DNA of 37,199 nt from a virus (taxonomy: Duplodnaviria > Caudoviricetes): the IMG/VR virus record IMGVR_UViG_3300016659_000112, positions 1 to 37,199 of that record; one strand, 5' to 3'. The position numbers were made by a program, and so were the translations under genes. Numbering within the stretch: the first letter of the stretch is position 1; each line of letters begins with the position of its first letter. Shown here one piece after another: positions 17,150-25,390 of this stretch. Below the pieces are notes generated by a model. It had not been told where the DNA came from and did not search any database. It worked only from the letters and a program-made list of their open reading frames with translations.

Positions 17150-17779
17150 AGGCTGTTCCTCGTCGGGTTTGGGTGGGGTTTGGGTGGATTCACTGAAGGC
17201 TGGGCGACGGTCTTCGCTACGGGCTTCCGCCAAGAGGTTGTCGACGTCGTAGCCGGGTACAACCTGGTCAGCTGTTTCTTGGCCGAACTGGGCGATCAAC
17301 CATTCGCGCAGACGGCGAAAGACACTTGCAGAGATGCTGTCGCCGAAGTCGCCAAACTCCAGGACACCTTCTTCACCATCCGCCAATTCGATGGGGCGCA
17401 GGCCCTTTACCGATGGCGGTTGGGCGCCAAGGAACCCGACATGGCGCAGGTAGTACACACCGGGCACGGGATTGTTGGCGGCATCAGGGTGATAGAAGGA
17501 CGCCGAGATTTTCTTGAAGCTGTGTTTGGCGAGAAGCTCAGCGAATGCAGGATCGACTTGTTGTGGCTCGGCGGTCAGACCTTGTGCATCGCCTGTCAAG
17601 GATTTGACCCAACCGGCTGCCGGAGCATCGTGCTTGGGGTGGCCGATGACCAGGGGTGCTTCATGCAATGCCGGGTCGTAGGCTTTCACGGTGGCCGCGA
17701 GATCAGCCTCGCTGAAATCGAAACGAACACCGTTCATGGCGGTGTGAGTTCCCGGCTTGAAAATGTGCAGTGGTTTCAT
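16673..17779 (-). CDS. Prohead protease/scaffold (Mu gpI-like)
   Basis: IFKPGTH, APLVIGHP, PAAGWV, FKKISASFY and YLRHVGFLGAQPPSVKGL motifs. Confidence 0.92.
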   Translation of the reverse strand: MKPLHIFKPGTHTAMNGVRFDFSEADLAATVKAYDPALHEAPLVIGHPKHDAPAAGWVKSLTGDAQGLTAEPQQVDPAFAELLAKHSFKKISASFYHPDAANNPVPGVYYLRHVGFLGAQPPSVKGLRPIELADGEEGVLEFGDFGDSISASVFRRLREWLIAQFGQETADQVVPGYDVDNLLAEARSEDRRPAFSESTQTPPKPDEEQPVTEAEKTALEAENKRLSTLVEQHQTKERNDAAATRHTANLAFAEGLVSAGRLLPKHAEALIAVLDFAEAGDTPLEFGEGDQRAPVVDGLKAIFNDLPKQIDFAEQASKDRKGDGNSPMDLEFAEKNTDPDRLGLHNRATALAAEKNIPYESAVRQLVK

Positions 17780-17810
17780 GGGCTGTACGCTGACTGGAAG
17801 TGATACGCAC

Positions 17811-17856
17811 AGCCTGAACCGCTGAGCGGCCCAGGGCTTTTAATCGGGTTTAAAGA
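17811..17856 (-). promoter_or_regulatory. Putative activator-dependent late promoter 2 (dyad 17837-17856; -10-like CAGGCT)
   Basis: CTTTTAATCGGGTTTAAAGA (one mismatch) upstream of the protease gene, as for Mu P-I; same 20-nt spacer. Confidence 0.7.
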
Positions 17857-18012
17857 GTGTTGATTGGGAAGAACACCGCAGACGGTGCAAGTGACACCCG
17901 CGTGGCGGGTTTGGAATACAGCGGGAGGGGTTTATAAAGCGTTTACAGCGATGATCAGTGGGGCCAGTGGATGAACCGGAGCTGCTCGGCATCCACAGGG
18001 CCTCTGAGGGCC

Positions 18013-18489
18013 TTACGCGAGAGCGGCTTTTTCCAGGTGATTGAGCGCCAGTTCCAGGATCGCGTCCTCTGCTTCAGGTTGCAGCATCCCCTCAGCATCC
18101 ATCGGTAGGTAAGGCCGCGCCGGAATATCACCCCACAAGTGAGGGAACTCCGACTGATCGCCACCGAAGTGCATCATGGCCGCATAAGGTTTGTTGCTGC
18201 CGACCAGAGCGGAGCTGTCGTCGGAGTGGCTGGTGATCGAGGCTGCCAGTCCTGCAGCACTGACCTGCAGCATCTGTCCAGGCCAGTTACCGTTTTTCGC
18301 CCGCCGCTCCGTGGTGACATCGGACAGATCAGCCCAGTCAGGTCGACCTTCTTCCTCGAAGTTCTCCTCGGTCTGACTGGCCATCTCGGCAGCCACACCG
18401 CGCATCAATGGCGTCAGGTCGCCCACGGCCCACTCAATGCGGTTCAGCGTTTGTTGTAGACGTGAGCTATCCAGTTCGACGGTAATCAT
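18013..18489 (-). CDS. Virion morphogenesis protein (Mu gpG-like)
   Basis: TEENFEEEGRPDWADLS..VGSNKPYAAMMHFGG..IPARPYL; start at ATG 18489 after AGGAG. Confidence 0.9.
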   Translation of the reverse strand: MITVELDSSRLQQTLNRIEWAVGDLTPLMRGVAAEMASQTEENFEEEGRPDWADLSDVTTERRAKNGNWPGQMLQVSAAGLAASITSHSDDSSALVGSNKPYAAMMHFGGDQSEFPHLWGDIPARPYLPMDAEGMLQPEAEDAILELALNHLEKAALA

Positions 18490-18502
18490 TGCAACACTCC
18501 TG

Positions 18503-19333
18503 TCAGGCTGCCGACGCCTGTTTACGTTTGAGCATGTCCGCGAGCCCGGTACCGGGTGCGTGGTTGAAACCTGGGTCAGTGCGGAACGTGATCGGTTTGC
18601 CCGCTGCGTCGGTGGTACGCACCAAGGTGACCTGGGCCGTCCTGATTTCGCCGGTACGTTTGTCGACACCTGTTTCCACCGTTTCACTGGACACCTGCCC
18701 TTGACTGGAAACGATGGCCAGGCCACGGCGCTTAACTGCCGATTCGGAGAGCGCCGTCACCCGACAACGACAATTGAAACCGTTCGGCGGGTAGATCGCC
18801 GACCAGACCGGATCATCATGCCGGTACACCGTGCCGCTGAGCGCCCGGTGACTGGGGCGGGTCTTGCCATCCAGGATGGCCACGTAACGCCAATACGGAT
18901 GGGTGTCACTGGACTCTTCCATGCTGGCCTTGCGACCGGCCATGTAGGCGCTCTGCAGGTTGGTCTGGTAGATGGTCTTGAGACGGCGTGGACTGCCCAG
19001 TTGCACCAGCTCGCCAACGCCCTGACTGTCGACGATGACTTGTTGGCCCCACCAGCCTTGAGATTCCAGTGTCGGCTGCAGCTCTTTGATGAACTGCTTC
19101 AGGGTTTGTCCCTCCTGCAAAGCAGTTTCCACTGCGCCGCGAATATCCGACAGCAAATCCAGGCGCATGGCCTTGGCTACGGTGAAGGCCTCGTCATGCG
19201 CCTCGTCACGCATCTCCTGCCAGTTCCAGGTGATCGCGTAACCCTTGCTTTTGAGGTAGGTGATCGCAGCTTCAGGCTCAAGGCCGAAGATGGCTTTCAG
19301 GTCCGCAGGGTTCGGGGTTTTGGGGATGGCCAT
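18503..19333 (-). CDS. Head morphogenesis protein (Mu gpF-like)
   Basis: AFTVAK, RRLKTIYQTN, YVAILDGKTRPSH and YPPNGFNCRC motifs. Confidence 0.93.
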   Translation of the reverse strand: MAIPKTPNPADLKAIFGLEPEAAITYLKSKGYAITWNWQEMRDEAHDEAFTVAKAMRLDLLSDIRGAVETALQEGQTLKQFIKELQPTLESQGWWGQQVIVDSQGVGELVQLGSPRRLKTIYQTNLQSAYMAGRKASMEESSDTHPYWRYVAILDGKTRPSHRALSGTVYRHDDPVWSAIYPPNGFNCRCRVTALSESAVKRRGLAIVSSQGQVSSETVETGVDKRTGEIRTAQVTLVRTTDAAGKPITFRTDPGFNHAPGTGLADMLKRKQASAA

Positions 19334-19334
19334 G

Positions 19335-20843
19335 TCAGTCTTCCCGATCTGCAGCGGCGCTCAGACGGCCCCAGGTGTTGGCTATGAACATCAGGTTTGT
19401 AAGCCTTTGCTGGAGCGCCTGGTCATCCATCGACGGGAAGGCTTCTGCCAGTAGACCGAGGGCCTCGCTGTCGGAGCGAGCCTGCAGCAGCGCATCAATC
19501 AGCGGGGCCACGGCCTGTTCGCTTTGTTCCTGGAGCATCTTGGCGGGCAGATTTTCAATGACCTGATCCAGTGCGAACTGGTCGAGGATCGGCGTCAGCG
19601 GTGCCTCGGCGAACTCGGGGCCCGCGGCGGGTGCGGTTGCTGGTTCTGGTGCTTCTACGATATCGCCATCCTGCAGGTTGTAGGTTCGTTTGAAGTACTG
19701 CGCCGTGAACTGAAGCCCTGACTCGCTGAGGCTCTTGTCGCGCTCAGCCAGAACCTTGTCGATCTCTTCCTGTTCCCACAGCTCATAGATCGGTGCGTTG
19801 ACGGACTCGCCAAAGTTGAGGTCAACGATGCGCCGGATAACGGCGTTGAGGGCCGCTGCAACAATCCCAGCGTCACCATCACGAATATCCTTGGTGACTT
19901 CAGCCCCAGCTGCTGCGCTGGCTCGGTTGCTCTCTTTTTCAGTGGTCTGGTTTTGTCCAAGCATGGCCACGTTGATTTCGCTGCGGCAATACTCCAGCAA
20001 CTGGCGGTAAACATCGGCGCTACCGGTCTTGCCGGTGGCTTCGATGATCTCCACGCTGGCATCGTTGGGAATGGCCGCGACGGCGTCCTGGACCATGGCC
20101 TCCAAGCTGTCGAGTAACAGGTTCGTTTCGCCATCGGTGGCGCCCCGTGGGTGCTTGCCGATCACCCAGGGACTGCCGTATTTCTCAGTGAACTGCACCC
20201 AGAATTTCAAACCGCCTTTCATAAACACTGCTGGCCAAAAGCACATGGACAGGTCGGCAAAGCCATAGGGGTTGATGTAGGTCGCGTCCTGGCGAGCAAC
20301 GACAAAACGTTGCGGATCGCACAGCTCGCCGGTCATGCCTGCATCACGGGCGCGGAAACGCAGGTTGTTGTCCTGGTCGTACAGGAACCACTCGGCAGGC
20401 TTACCCAGCAGATCCTCTGGCAGCAGGTACATGCCAACTGGGCGCCACATCAGCTCCACCGGCTGGTAGCCAAACAGCGGCGCATCGAGCAGCTCGCGAA
20501 TAACCTTGTCCAGGTCAATGTCCTTGAGCCAGTCCAGGACAAAACGTTCGACCCTGACCGGCGCATCGCTGCGCTTGAGTCCACGCTCCAGGGCCAGCAC
20601 GGACGCTTTACGGCGACGGATGTTGCCACCGACCACCGCGCTGCTGCGCAGGTCACGATAGACTTTGATGTCCTGCCCCTGGGCCTTAAGGATCGGGTCC
20701 GGGTTGGGTAGGTACATGCCCAGGGCCTGGGCATCAAAGCTGCGGCTACGGCTGGCGATATGATCGGTCAGGCCCTTGCTGCCCTTGGGCTCGGCGAAGT
20801 GCACGAATTCTGTGGGGCTGACCCACACACCTGTCTTGTTCAT
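19335..20843 (-). CDS. Portal protein (Mu gp29 / DUF935)
   Basis: FWVQFTEKYGSPWVIGKHP and AMLGQNQTTE motifs; 502 aa after the terminase. Confidence 0.92.
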   Translation of the reverse strand: MNKTGVWVSPTEFVHFAEPKGSKGLTDHIASRSRSFDAQALGMYLPNPDPILKAQGQDIKVYRDLRSSAVVGGNIRRRKASVLALERGLKRSDAPVRVERFVLDWLKDIDLDKVIRELLDAPLFGYQPVELMWRPVGMYLLPEDLLGKPAEWFLYDQDNNLRFRARDAGMTGELCDPQRFVVARQDATYINPYGFADLSMCFWPAVFMKGGLKFWVQFTEKYGSPWVIGKHPRGATDGETNLLLDSLEAMVQDAVAAIPNDASVEIIEATGKTGSADVYRQLLEYCRSEINVAMLGQNQTTEKESNRASAAAGAEVTKDIRDGDAGIVAAALNAVIRRIVDLNFGESVNAPIYELWEQEEIDKVLAERDKSLSESGLQFTAQYFKRTYNLQDGDIVEAPEPATAPAAGPEFAEAPLTPILDQFALDQVIENLPAKMLQEQSEQAVAPLIDALLQARSDSEALGLLAEAFPSMDDQALQQRLTNLMFIANTWGRLSAAADRED

Positions 20844-22444
20844 GCGTATCCCTGAATAAGTTTTTGCGCCTGGCGTCGGCGGCGTGATTTGACCTTGACC
20901 GGACCCGCGTTGACTTCCAGGGTCGCGAAGTTGGCCAGCGCTCCTGCACCCGCGAAGTCGCCGTGACGATAGAGATCCGGGTCTTTGAGATCCTGGGAAC
21001 GGCCTTTGATAATCATCGGAATACCGTCCACGGTTTCGATGGCGCGCACGTCCTGGTGCAGGTTGTCGTCCTGCGGCATGGAGATCGCGGCGTCTTCGAA
21101 CAACTGCACAAACTTGGGCATCCAGGCGCCGTACCAGGTGCGGCTGAGCTTCACCTGGTGAATGCGGTTATGGCCGAACTCATCGGCGGTGTCTTCGGCG
21201 AGGGTCTCACCATTACCAGATGCGTCCAGGGCAGCACCCACAAAGCGCGGCAGGTTGCGCAGGATGTAGAACAGAATCTGCTGCTGTTGCCGGGTTGGTA
21301 CCTTGTGCATCTCCATCACAAACGGCACATCGCGGTGTCGGGTCAGATCAACTGACATCGGGCAGATGATGGAAAAGTCCCGGTGACGGGCATAGTCCAT
21401 GCCCAGGAAGTGGCGCAGTTCAGGGTTCAGCATCGGGATCAGAGGCGCCAGGTTGCGCTCAATCCAGTCGCTGACATAGGCTTCGCGGCGCTCTTGAGAC
21501 TGATGCACAAAGTCCGCATCCAGCGCCAGACGCAACACTGTGCGGCCCTTGCGCATGGCCTCGTCTACCCATACACCAGGAATGCAGACGCCGTTGCCGT
21601 CGCGGGGGATTGCATCCAGCTCTTCGCGCATCTGTGCCTTGCGCGGGCCGTAGGCGTTGCGGATTTTCTTGTACCAGGCTTCCTTACCCTCAGCGGTGGC
21701 TTCCTCGCCTGCCATGTAGCACACACGCTCATACAAGCCATTGGCAACGGCGTCATCAAACGTTGCCTTGTACACCTCGGCGCTGTCGCCGTAGCGCTCG
21801 TCCCGGATGTCATTGACCATCTGGTTGAAGGGATTGGCCTTGCCATTGTGCGTACTGATGATGACGATACGACCGCCCCAGATCAGCAAAGCGGTCGCGG
21901 CATCGAGCACGGCAGATACGTCACGGTGAAACGCGGCTTCGTCGATGATCACCTTGCCCTGCAGGCCGCGCACGCTGGCGGGGTTGCTCGACAGCGCTAC
22001 GATCTTGAAGCCAGAGGCGTAGCGGATGCGGTAGGCGTTGATCTGGCGCGTGTTGCCTGATTCGTCCTGGTCTTCAAACAGAAACTCTTCAATCTCGCTG
22101 ACGCCCGAGGCTTGAGCCTCAGCCATCACCCGGCTGAACTTGGCACAGTAGCCAATGAACTCCAGGCCTTTTTCCTTGGTGTCGCCGATATAAAAGCAAT
22201 CCATGCCGCCTGCAGCTTTCTGCGAGGCGGCAGTGATGACCGAGTCCAGCGCCTCAGCAAATGTGATGCCCGTGCGACGGCCCTTTTCGCAGAGTTTGAT
22301 TTGAGCCCGGATGTTCAACCAGTCCACCTGGTGCGCCATCAGGAGACCGTTGGCGATGGGGTTGTAACCCTCGGGGATCTGCCGAACGCTGGGCGGGAGT
22401 TCGTCCCATTCAATGACGCGAACAGTGCTGGAGGATGGCTTCAT
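20840..22444 (-). CDS. Terminase large subunit (Mu gp28-like)
   Basis: Walker A EKGRRTGIT, Walker B VIIDEAAF, IISTHNG, nuclease motifs GMDYARHRD and HGD. Confidence 0.93.
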   Translation of the reverse strand: MKPSSSTVRVIEWDELPPSVRQIPEGYNPIANGLLMAHQVDWLNIRAQIKLCEKGRRTGITFAEALDSVITAASQKAAGGMDCFYIGDTKEKGLEFIGYCAKFSRVMAEAQASGVSEIEEFLFEDQDESGNTRQINAYRIRYASGFKIVALSSNPASVRGLQGKVIIDEAAFHRDVSAVLDAATALLIWGGRIVIISTHNGKANPFNQMVNDIRDERYGDSAEVYKATFDDAVANGLYERVCYMAGEEATAEGKEAWYKKIRNAYGPRKAQMREELDAIPRDGNGVCIPGVWVDEAMRKGRTVLRLALDADFVHQSQERREAYVSDWIERNLAPLIPMLNPELRHFLGMDYARHRDFSIICPMSVDLTRHRDVPFVMEMHKVPTRQQQQILFYILRNLPRFVGAALDASGNGETLAEDTADEFGHNRIHQVKLSRTWYGAWMPKFVQLFEDAAISMPQDDNLHQDVRAIETVDGIPMIIKGRSQDLKDPDLYRHGDFAGAGALANFATLEVNAGPVKVKSRRRRQAQKLIQGYA

Positions 22445-22992
22445 TGCCGCACGCCCAGGAACTTTTGACGCCACCACAGAGCCTGCTCTTCAGTCATGCC
22501 CTTGGCTTTAACGGCGCTATCCAGCTCAGCCGATTGCTCACGCAACAGGCGATCACGCCCGGCCTGCTCGGCGGCCAGGCGTTCCTTCATGCTCAAGGTG
22601 CGAGCCTGCATGGTGTTCTTAGCGGCACGGGCCAGATCGGCGACTTCCTTGGTGGTCACATCGTCCTTTTCGTGGGCGCCCATCGCGGCCTGGTAGGCTA
22701 GGGTCGAGATCGCCTCTACCAACAACGCGCCGGTCTTGTCAGAGGTGTCTTCACCGAACGCACCCACAAAGGCCTCAGCCTGCTCGCGGTGCTGGCGAGC
22801 CTTCTCGGTCAACAGATCAAAGCCCAACTTGAAGCGCCCCAGCGCACTGCGACTGGGGGCTTTCTCATTGGGGAAGCGCGCCTGAATGTCGGCCAGCATG
22901 TCATTCAGGCTCATGCAATCATCGCGCAACAGCTTCTGGATGTATGCCTTGACCACCGGGGACAAACGATTGATGGATGACTTACCCGCCAT
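22441..22992 (-). CDS. Terminase small subunit (Mu gp27-like, DUF3486)
   Basis: MAGKSSINRLS..PSRSALGR helix-turn-helix; immediately upstream of the large subunit. Confidence 0.85.
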   Translation of the reverse strand: MAGKSSINRLSPVVKAYIQKLLRDDCMSLNDMLADIQARFPNEKAPSRSALGRFKLGFDLLTEKARQHREQAEAFVGAFGEDTSDKTGALLVEAISTLAYQAAMGAHEKDDVTTKEVADLARAAKNTMQARTLSMKERLAAEQAGRDRLLREQSAELDSAVKAKGMTEEQALWWRQKFLGVRQ

Positions 22993-22994
22993 GG

Positions 22995-23291
22995 TTAAGC
23001 TCCTGGCCGCTTGATTCCGGGAGCACGTGCACGCCCTGCAGCAATGTCCTGCCCACGCTCAGTCAGGGTGGCCACGAGTACTGGCCCGACGTCATCCAGG
23101 GTCAATGCACTTTGCTCCTGCAGCCAGTGCAACTCGGTTTTAACTTGGTCACGGCTGAGGGTGTGACCATAGTTATCCAGCGCCATCGTCAGCACTGAGC
23201 TGTTGGCCCGATAGGCCGTCATTTCGGCCAGCAGACGCAGGATTACCAAGCGAATGTCCTGGCGCAGGTATTCAGCGTAGGGCGTTTTCAT
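22995..23291 (-). CDS. Mu gp26-like small winged-helix protein
   Basis: RLVILRLL..ELHWLQEQ..ATLTERGQDIAAGRARAPGIKRP. Confidence 0.82.
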   Translation of the reverse strand: MKTPYAEYLRQDIRLVILRLLAEMTAYRANSSVLTMALDNYGHTLSRDQVKTELHWLQEQSALTLDDVGPVLVATLTERGQDIAAGRARAPGIKRPGA

Positions 23292-23593
23292 GTCTTCTCT
23301 CTCAACAGGTAATCATTGATCCGGTCCAGCGAACGTGCCAAAGGGCCAAGTGCCTCCTTGACCCCCGATAGTTCGGCGCGCACAGCCTTCATGTCACCCA
23401 GCAGATCGGTGACGGCGGTCTGGTCTGGAAGGTGGCGGACGTGCTCTTCCAGGGCGACGATGCGGGTGCGTAACTCAAGGAGTTCCTGGCCGCTAGCCGC
23501 TTGTCGTTTGGTCATCCAGGTGTAGATGCCGAGAACCGTGAGGATCAACCACTGCACAGTCTGGAAACCAAAGTTGAGTTCATTCAGGTTCAT
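23288..23593 (-). CDS. Mu gp25-like membrane-anchored coiled-coil protein (DUF2730-like)
   Basis: N-terminal TM segment followed by RIVALEEHVRHLP coiled coil; Mu-like synteny. Confidence 0.75.
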   Translation of the reverse strand: MNLNELNFGFQTVQWLILTVLGIYTWMTKRQAASGQELLELRTRIVALEEHVRHLPDQTAVTDLLGDMKAVRAELSGVKEALGPLARSLDRINDYLLREKT

Positions 23594-23810
23594 CGAAACC
23601 CCCACATGCCATGTGTTCCAAGGCGTCTAAACAATCAAAACAATGTTCGGTACCAGGCTCGGCCTGGCGACGATCTTCAGGAATAGCGTCGCCGCATTCC
23701 TCGCAGCGATAGGCTGAACGGCCTGAGCGTCGCTGTAGCCCGCTGGCGCGCACGCGTTGCATCGCCTCGTCGATGTCGTCTTCATCTGTAGCGTGATCAG
23801 CTACATCCAT
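23580..23810 (-). CDS. TraR/DksA C4-type zinc finger protein
   Basis: MDVADHA N-terminus; CEECGDAIPEDRRQAEPGTEHCFDC. Confidence 0.9.
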   Translation of the reverse strand: MDVADHATDEDDIDEAMQRVRASGLQRRSGRSAYRCEECGDAIPEDRRQAEPGTEHCFDCLDALEHMACGGFDEPE

Positions 23811-24118
23811 ATGGCATCAGTCCTTTTTCTGGAGATCCAGCAACCCGTTGAGCTGGGCGAGGTTGTTACGAACCCACAGGCCGTAGTCCTGGGCGTAGGC
23901 AAGAATGTCTGCGGGAGTGACGCCGCTTTCCAATAGTTCGGCGTCAGTGCCGGGGGCGGCCCAGGGCGCTTGCGCAGGCTTGGCGGCAGTGGAGCCTGGT
24001 CCTGGGGCGGGCACACCGAGGGCGGTGTTGAAGTCGCGCAGCCAGCCAGCAGTGAATACGCAACGAGGGATAGGCTGAGCAGCAGCGCCCGGTGTCGGAC
24101 GGTATTGGGTCGTAACAT
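23801..24118 (-). CDS. Rz1: Outer-membrane spanin lipoprotein overlapping Rz in another frame
   Basis: AGGAG RBS before ATG 24118; basic then hydrophobic signal ending in the lipobox LAGC; very Pro-rich mature part. Confidence 0.75.
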   Translation of the reverse strand: MLRPNTVRHRALLLSLSLVAYSLLAGCATSTPPSVCPPQDQAPLPPSLRKRPGPPPALTPNYWKAASLPQTFLPTPRTTACGFVTTSPSSTGCWISRKRTDAIWM

Positions 24119-24431
24119 GGGAAATGCGCTCCTGGAGCTGGCGTTTTTCTTCGGCGTGACGCGCCATGACATCGAGCAACAAGGCTTCGGTTTCATTGGC
24201 ACGGGTGACTTGCTGCAGCAGCTGCACACGGTTGGCGGATTCGGCGGCGCGTGCCTGATCTGAGTGTTCGGTCTTGAGGGTGGCTAATTCGGTTTTACCC
24301 AGTGAGTCGGCGTAGCGGAAACCAAAGCCATAGGCGATAGAACCCGCTGCTGCTGCACTGAGGGCACAGGCAAGCCCGACAGCCGCCAGGCGCGCAGGCA
24401 GAGGCCAGGCGAGCCGCTCAAGCGCGTCCAT
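23817..24431 (-). CDS. Rz: Inner-membrane spanin
   Basis: N-terminal TM segment, long coiled coil and C-terminal Cys-containing region; hosts the embedded lipoprotein gene; in the lysis cassette. Confidence 0.78.
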   Translation of the reverse strand: MDALERLAWPLPARLAAVGLACALSAAAAGSIAYGFGFRYADSLGKTELATLKTEHSDQARAAESANRVQLLQQVTRANETEALLLDVMARHAEEKRQLQERISHVTTQYRPTPGAAAQPIPRCVFTAGWLRDFNTALGVPAPGPGSTAAKPAQAPWAAPGTDAELLESGVTPADILAYAQDYGLWVRNNLAQLNGLLDLQKKD

Positions 24432-24630
24432 GGTGGTGCCTCAAACGGTTACGTGACTTGCGTGCACGGCGCTTGGCGGCTGCTATGCCCGTCTTGCCTT
24501 GACGGTAAGCGGGTACCGCGCCGGACCTAATCCAAGTACCAGCAGCGGTGCTCGGGGCGGCCCAACGACAGGCCCCAGCGAAGCCCGCCATCAAGGCTGC
24601 AAAGGCTCTACTGAACAGGTTCAGTCTCAT
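24418..24630 (-). CDS. 70-aa cationic peptide in the lysis cassette
   Basis: AGGAG RBS and ATGA overlap with the holin; hydrophobic N-terminus and TGIAAAKRRARKSRNRLRHHH tail. Confidence 0.65.
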   Translation of the reverse strand: MRLNLFSRAFAALMAGFAGACRWAAPSTAAGTWIRSGAVPAYRQGKTGIAAAKRRARKSRNRLRHHHGRA

Positions 24631-24848
24631 GGGGAGATCTCCTGATCCGGTGGCCCTTGCTTGACCAGGCGGGCTAGGAACAGGACCAGCGCCAAGCCAC
24701 TGTTGAGTGCCGCGTAAGCGCGTGGTGAAAGCTGGGCTTGCCACATTGGCAACAGCTCCAACTGAGCGAACCCCAGCAACGCGATCAGGACGGTGATCTG
24801 GACGCTATAAAGCCGATAGCAGCAACGCCAATCACAGATGGGCTTCAT
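24627..24848 (-). CDS. Putative holin (2 TM segments)
   Basis: 73 aa with two hydrophobic helices and ARLVKQ C-terminus; follows the lysin candidate. Confidence 0.75.
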   Translation of the reverse strand: MKPICDWRCCYRLYSVQITVLIALLGFAQLELLPMWQAQLSPRAYAALNSGLALVLFLARLVKQGPPDQEISP

Positions 24849-25333
24849 GCCGCTACACCGTGCTTCGCCCCGCGTTCGATGCCTGCCAGGGCCAGCCCGT
24901 CAGCCATGATTGCATCGCCATACCATTGACCGCCTGGCAGTGGACCTGGACCGTTTTCGTGGCGAATGATGGCGGTGACCAGGGTGCGCATAACGTCGAA
25001 GTCATACACGTCGACACCCTCATGGTCGGGGTGAAGCCCCAGAGCACGTGCCACGCTGGCGGCGTAGGCATTGGTATCGTTTTCGGAGGGTGGTGCCCAG
25101 CGCTCAACGAACTCACGGACGGTGTCGATGCGGCTGCCATCTTTTGCCAGGCGCTTGTCCTGGTAGGTGATCAGTACGCGGGCAATGGCGCGGATACCCC
25201 AGCGCGGGGCAGTGAATTGGACAAAGGCACTGTCGGTTTGGGCCGCAGCCATACCTTGCCAGCGCACGCCCTGGGCGTGACGGATATTGCCGGGGTTGAA
25301 GTTACGGATACCGCGAGGGGTTTCGGGTCGCAT
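24845..25333 (-). CDS. Putative endolysin (RGIRNxNPGNIR family, often annotated as structural/virion protein)
   Basis: RGIRNFNPGNIR, RWAPPSENDTNAY and AIIRHENG motifs; first gene of the holin/spanin cassette; GGAGG RBS. Confidence 0.7.
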   Translation of the reverse strand: MRPETPRGIRNFNPGNIRHAQGVRWQGMAAAQTDSAFVQFTAPRWGIRAIARVLITYQDKRLAKDGSRIDTVREFVERWAPPSENDTNAYAASVARALGLHPDHEGVDVYDFDVMRTLVTAIIRHENGPGPLPGGQWYGDAIMADGLALAGIERGAKHGVAA

Positions 25334-25390
25334 GGGACGCCTCCAATAACAGCGCCTCCCTTTTGAGGGCGGCAAAAAGCACACACCGCC

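Noticed and set aside
17857-18012. Possible anti-CRISPR locus at the D3112-type position
   Set aside because: The gap is too short and contains no credible ORF or aca-like HTH gene.
18437-19387. 316-aa + strand ORF
   Set aside because: Lies antisense to the well-supported gpF-like gene; no RBS or recognisable motif.
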